A DNA stretch of 32,000 bases from Bifidobacterium longum subsp. longum JCM 1217. GTDB lineage: Bacteria > Actinomycetota > Actinomycetes > Actinomycetales > Bifidobacteriaceae. Below, one piece after another: positions 30,487 to 32,000 of the stretch. Position 1 is the first letter of the stretch; the number at the start of each line of letters is the position of its first letter. Position numbers and translations under genes: made by a program. Where the stretch lies: assembly GCF_000196555.1 (NCBI RefSeq), contig NC_015067.1, positions 1,650,001 to 1,682,000 on the forward strand. Reading direction: 5' to 3'. The notes under the pieces are model-generated. The model did not search any database and was not told the origin of the DNA. It saw only the letters and a list, made by a program, of their open reading frames with translations.

Positions 30487-31866
30487 TCATTTCTGTTCGG
30501 GTTCCCCGCCATGCAACATCGGGCGAATCTTGGCAAGACGCTGGCTGACTTCGTGTTCGTAGCCGCGATCGTTGGGATGGTAGTACTCGGTGCCACGCAG
30601 CTCTTCGGGCATATATTCCTGTGGCGCCACGGCACCGGGCCAATCGTGCGCATACTTGTAGCCCTCGTGGTTGCCCCACTCTTTCATAAGCTTGGTGGGG
30701 GCGTTCCTCAAATACAGCGGAACAGCGCCGATCTTGCCGGCATCCACGTCCGCGAGCGCCTGGTTAATGGCGTTATAGCTGGCGTTTGATTTGGGCGCGG
30801 TGGCCACGGCAATCGTGGCCTCGGCCAAAATAATACGTGCCTCGGGCATGCCGACCAGCGCCACGGCCTGCGCCGCGGCCACGGTGACCTGCAAAATCTG
30901 CGGGGCGGCCATGCCGACTTCCTCGCTGGCGGCGATCATGATGCGACGGGCGATGAAGCGCGGATCTTCACCCGCTTTCAGCATGCGTGCCAGATAATGG
31001 ATGGCGGCATCCGGATCGGAGCCCCGCATGGATTTGATGAATGCGGAAATCACGTCGTAATGGTCATCGCCGTCTTTGTCGTAGCGCACGGTGGCGGTGT
31101 CCATTACCGTAGCCACGATTTCGGGGGTGATGATGGGTCGGCGTGCGCCCTTTTTGCGGGCTTCGTCGCCAGTGACCGCGCCAGCCGCGGCCTCCAGAAT
31201 CGTGAGACTCTTGCGTGCGTCACCACCGGCCATGCGCACGATGTCGGCGATGGCTTCGTCCGTGGCTTTGACCTCGCCCCTGAGACCGCGGTCATCAGTC
31301 AGCGCGCGCTGCACCAGTTCGATGAGCTGATCAGGCTCCAATGACTCAAGCTTGACGACCACCGAACGGGAGAGCAACGGTTTGATGATGGAAAAGCTCG
31401 GGTTCTCGGTGGTGGCGCCGATAAAGGTCACGTCGCGGTTTTCGACGGCGGGAAGCAGCGCATCCTGCTGGGATTTGGAGAAGCGATGTACCTCGTCGAT
31501 GAACAGTACGGTTTCCTGGCCGCGTGACACGAGCCGTTCGTGAGCGCGGGTGAGTACGTCGCGCACGTCTTTGACGCCGGATGTCACGGCGGAGAGTTCC
31601 TCAAACACGCGGCCGGATTGGCCGGCCACGATGGTGGCGAGCGTGGTTTTGCCGACGCCTGGAGGGCCGAACAGGATTACGGAGCTCGGCGCGGTGAGAC
31701 TGCCTTTGCTGGCCGGATTGGCGAGGCGGCGCAGCGGCGAGCCCTGGCCCAACACCTGCGTTTGGCCAATCACCTCGTCCAAAGTGCGTGGACGCATGCG
31801 CACCGCCAACGGCCGCGTCATCGACTCCGGCGCATCAGCCGCCCCAAACAAATCGTTCTCACTCAT
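30487..31866 (-). CDS. rarA: Replication-associated recombination protein A (AAA+ ATPase RarA/MgsA)
   Basis: GPPGVGKTT Walker A, FIDEVHRFSKSQQDALLP Walker B/sensor, and the C-terminal MgsA domain (HYDVISAFIKSMRGSDPDAAIHYLARML.AGEDPRFIARR). Confidence 0.9.
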   Translation of the reverse strand: MSENDLFGAADAPESMTRPLAVRMRPRTLDEVIGQTQVLGQGSPLRRLANPASKGSLTAPSSVILFGPPGVGKTTLATIVAGQSGRVFEELSAVTSGVKDVRDVLTRAHERLVSRGQETVLFIDEVHRFSKSQQDALLPAVENRDVTFIGATTENPSFSIIKPLLSRSVVVKLESLEPDQLIELVQRALTDDRGLRGEVKATDEAIADIVRMAGGDARKSLTILEAAAGAVTGDEARKKGARRPIITPEIVATVMDTATVRYDKDGDDHYDVISAFIKSMRGSDPDAAIHYLARMLKAGEDPRFIARRIMIAASEEVGMAAPQILQVTVAAAQAVALVGMPEARIILAEATIAVATAPKSNASYNAINQALADVDAGKIGAVPLYLRNAPTKLMKEWGNHEGYKYAHDWPGAVAPQEYMPEELRGTEYYHPNDRGYEHEVSQRLAKIRPMLHGGEPEQK

Positions 31867-31915
31867 AACGTCCTATAGTACCCCAGTGTTCGAACAGACG
31901 TTCGAGCTGCACCCT

Positions 31916-31938
31916 GGCTTCCCTCAGAGAGGGGAGCC
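31916..31938 (-). terminator. Hairpin downstream of the partial gene at the window end (upstream of rarA)
   Basis: GGCTTCCCTC-AGA-GAGGGGAGCC has one mismatch and no U-tract. It lies 10 nt after the stop at 31949-31951. It shares an 18-nt core (17/18 identical) with the hairpin at 11199-11216. Confidence 0.45.
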
Positions 31939-31948
31939 AAGAAAGGAA

Positions 31949-32000
31949 TCAGTTACTCACCTTGTAGTCGCGGAAGACTACTTCGCCGGTGTCTTGGGTG
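31949..32000 (-). CDS. 3' end of an unidentified gene (continues beyond the window end)
   Basis: The minus-strand frame reads ...TQDTGEVVFRDYKVSN-stop (TGA at 31951-31949). Only 16 codons are visible, so the product cannot be assigned. Confidence 0.3.
   Translation of the reverse strand, partial: TQDTGEVVFRDYKVSN

Overview
High-GC (about 60%) actinobacterial chromosome segment. From memory, gene content and order match Bifidobacterium longum: an ytfQ-like fructose/ribose ABC operon (fruEKFG) next to mtrA-mtrB-lpqB, plus ppgK, a fused ECF energizing module and ligA. I call about 24 protein-coding genes plus one gene fragment, most with recognisable housekeeping, transport or envelope functions. 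I also call one FMN riboswitch in front of an ECF S-component (ribU) and a set of long GC-rich hairpins at convergent gene ends. I see no rRNA, tRNA, CRISPR array, IS element, integrase or prophage block. This looks like core chromosome rather than an accessory island, and I could not support any novel multi-gene system. The most interesting signals are non-coding. (1) Six ATAACAG-type boxes sit in a strict 11-bp register between lpqB and fruE, and an exact 10-mer copy lies just upstream of mtrA. (2) Three tandem 26-bp palindromic units lie between ppgK and an aminotransferase gene. (3) An 18-nt hairpin core recurs at two distant 3' gene ends. (4) A 290-bp stretch of about 40% GC, with a palindrome and a mini-ORF, precedes an uncharacterised 139-aa gene. 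On the coding side, three genes are worth a second look: a single-polypeptide EcfA-EcfA'-EcfT fusion, a 1207-aa protein of unrecognised function upstream of ligA, and an orphan ABC ATPase with a degenerate signature motif. Every family assignment comes from motif recognition by eye and memory; no searches were run.
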